DNA of 36,989 bases, from contig JNEM01013022.1 in assembly GCA_000697335.1 (NCBI GenBank), forward strand, positions 1 to 36,989, given 5' to 3'. The first letter of the stretch is position 1; every line of letters begins with the position of its first letter. Positions 36,395 to 36,989 of this stretch are shown piece by piece. The notes under the pieces were generated by a model. That model did no database searches, was not told the DNA's origin, and worked only from the letters and a program-made list of their open reading frames with translations. Source of the DNA: Conidiobolus incongruus B7586. Taxonomy: Eukaryota. The position numbers were made by a program, and so were the translations under genes.

Positions 36395-36989
36395 CTTTAT
36401 TTTCACTAAGATTTTAAGAATTCGAAAATTGTTAATAAAAAAGAAATTCGAGTGAATGAAAGTAATAAATTATAAAACCAAAAAATCACAACATGATATT
36501 ATTAATATATATTTAGATATCAATATTTTTATCAAAATATATATTGTTGTTTTTAATATTTAATTTAACCAAAATGTTAACCTAAATATGTCTCAAAAAA
36601 TATCAGATTTTTTTCAATTGTTGATCTTAAACTATTTTAATAGTAAATCCTTTTATTATGTATTGTTTCAAAATAATTAATATAATATAATAAGATATTT
36701 GACTTTATTAATTCATATCAGAAAGTCAGTAATATTACATTATTCCTTCTATTTTATATTGTCACAAGCAATTTAGTCAAATTCCAAAGTATTTTATTAA
36801 TGATAAAAAAATACATATATAGCATTATTTATCAAACAAATAAATATTATATATTCCAAACGTTCTATATTAATTTTAATATATAATTTAAAATTTTTAA
36901 AAAAAATTAATATTAATTAATATATAATATTTAAAATAACTAAAATAATTTATATTTGACTATATATATTAAAATTAGGTTTATATAAT

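Noticed and set aside
1..36989. CRISPR arrays, rRNA genes, intact transposase or reverse transcriptase genes
   Set aside because: No regularly spaced repeat-spacer array, rRNA-like sequence or TE-coding ORF was seen.

Overview
Very AT-rich eukaryotic genomic DNA with short (~45-60 nt) GT-AG introns and the standard genetic code. It looks like an early-diverging fungus; a Zoopagomycota/Conidiobolus-like origin is an inference from composition and gene families only. The left half holds four intron-rich genes that I reconstructed by hand: a transformer-2-like SR splicing factor (+), an Mba1/mL45 Tim44-domain protein (-), a 15-exon Nrc-2/Fpk1/Kin82-type AGC kinase with an 8-nt micro-exon (-), and an ARFRP1/Arl3 GTPase (-). 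It also holds a clearly disabled TRM44 tRNA methyltransferase pseudogene and a tRNA-Asn(GTT). The right half holds four genes with uninterrupted CDSs: an Aa_trans/AVT amino-acid transporter, glutathione reductase, a PiT/Pho89 phosphate symporter, and a secreted GH18 chitinase with a C-terminal chitin-binding module. I see no convincing novel multi-gene system. The best leads are the micro-exon, candidate UTR introns and possible autoregulation around tra2, clustered promoter motifs upstream of pho89 and glr1, TRM44 loss, and an 81-bp direct repeat around an LTR-like segment at the window start.
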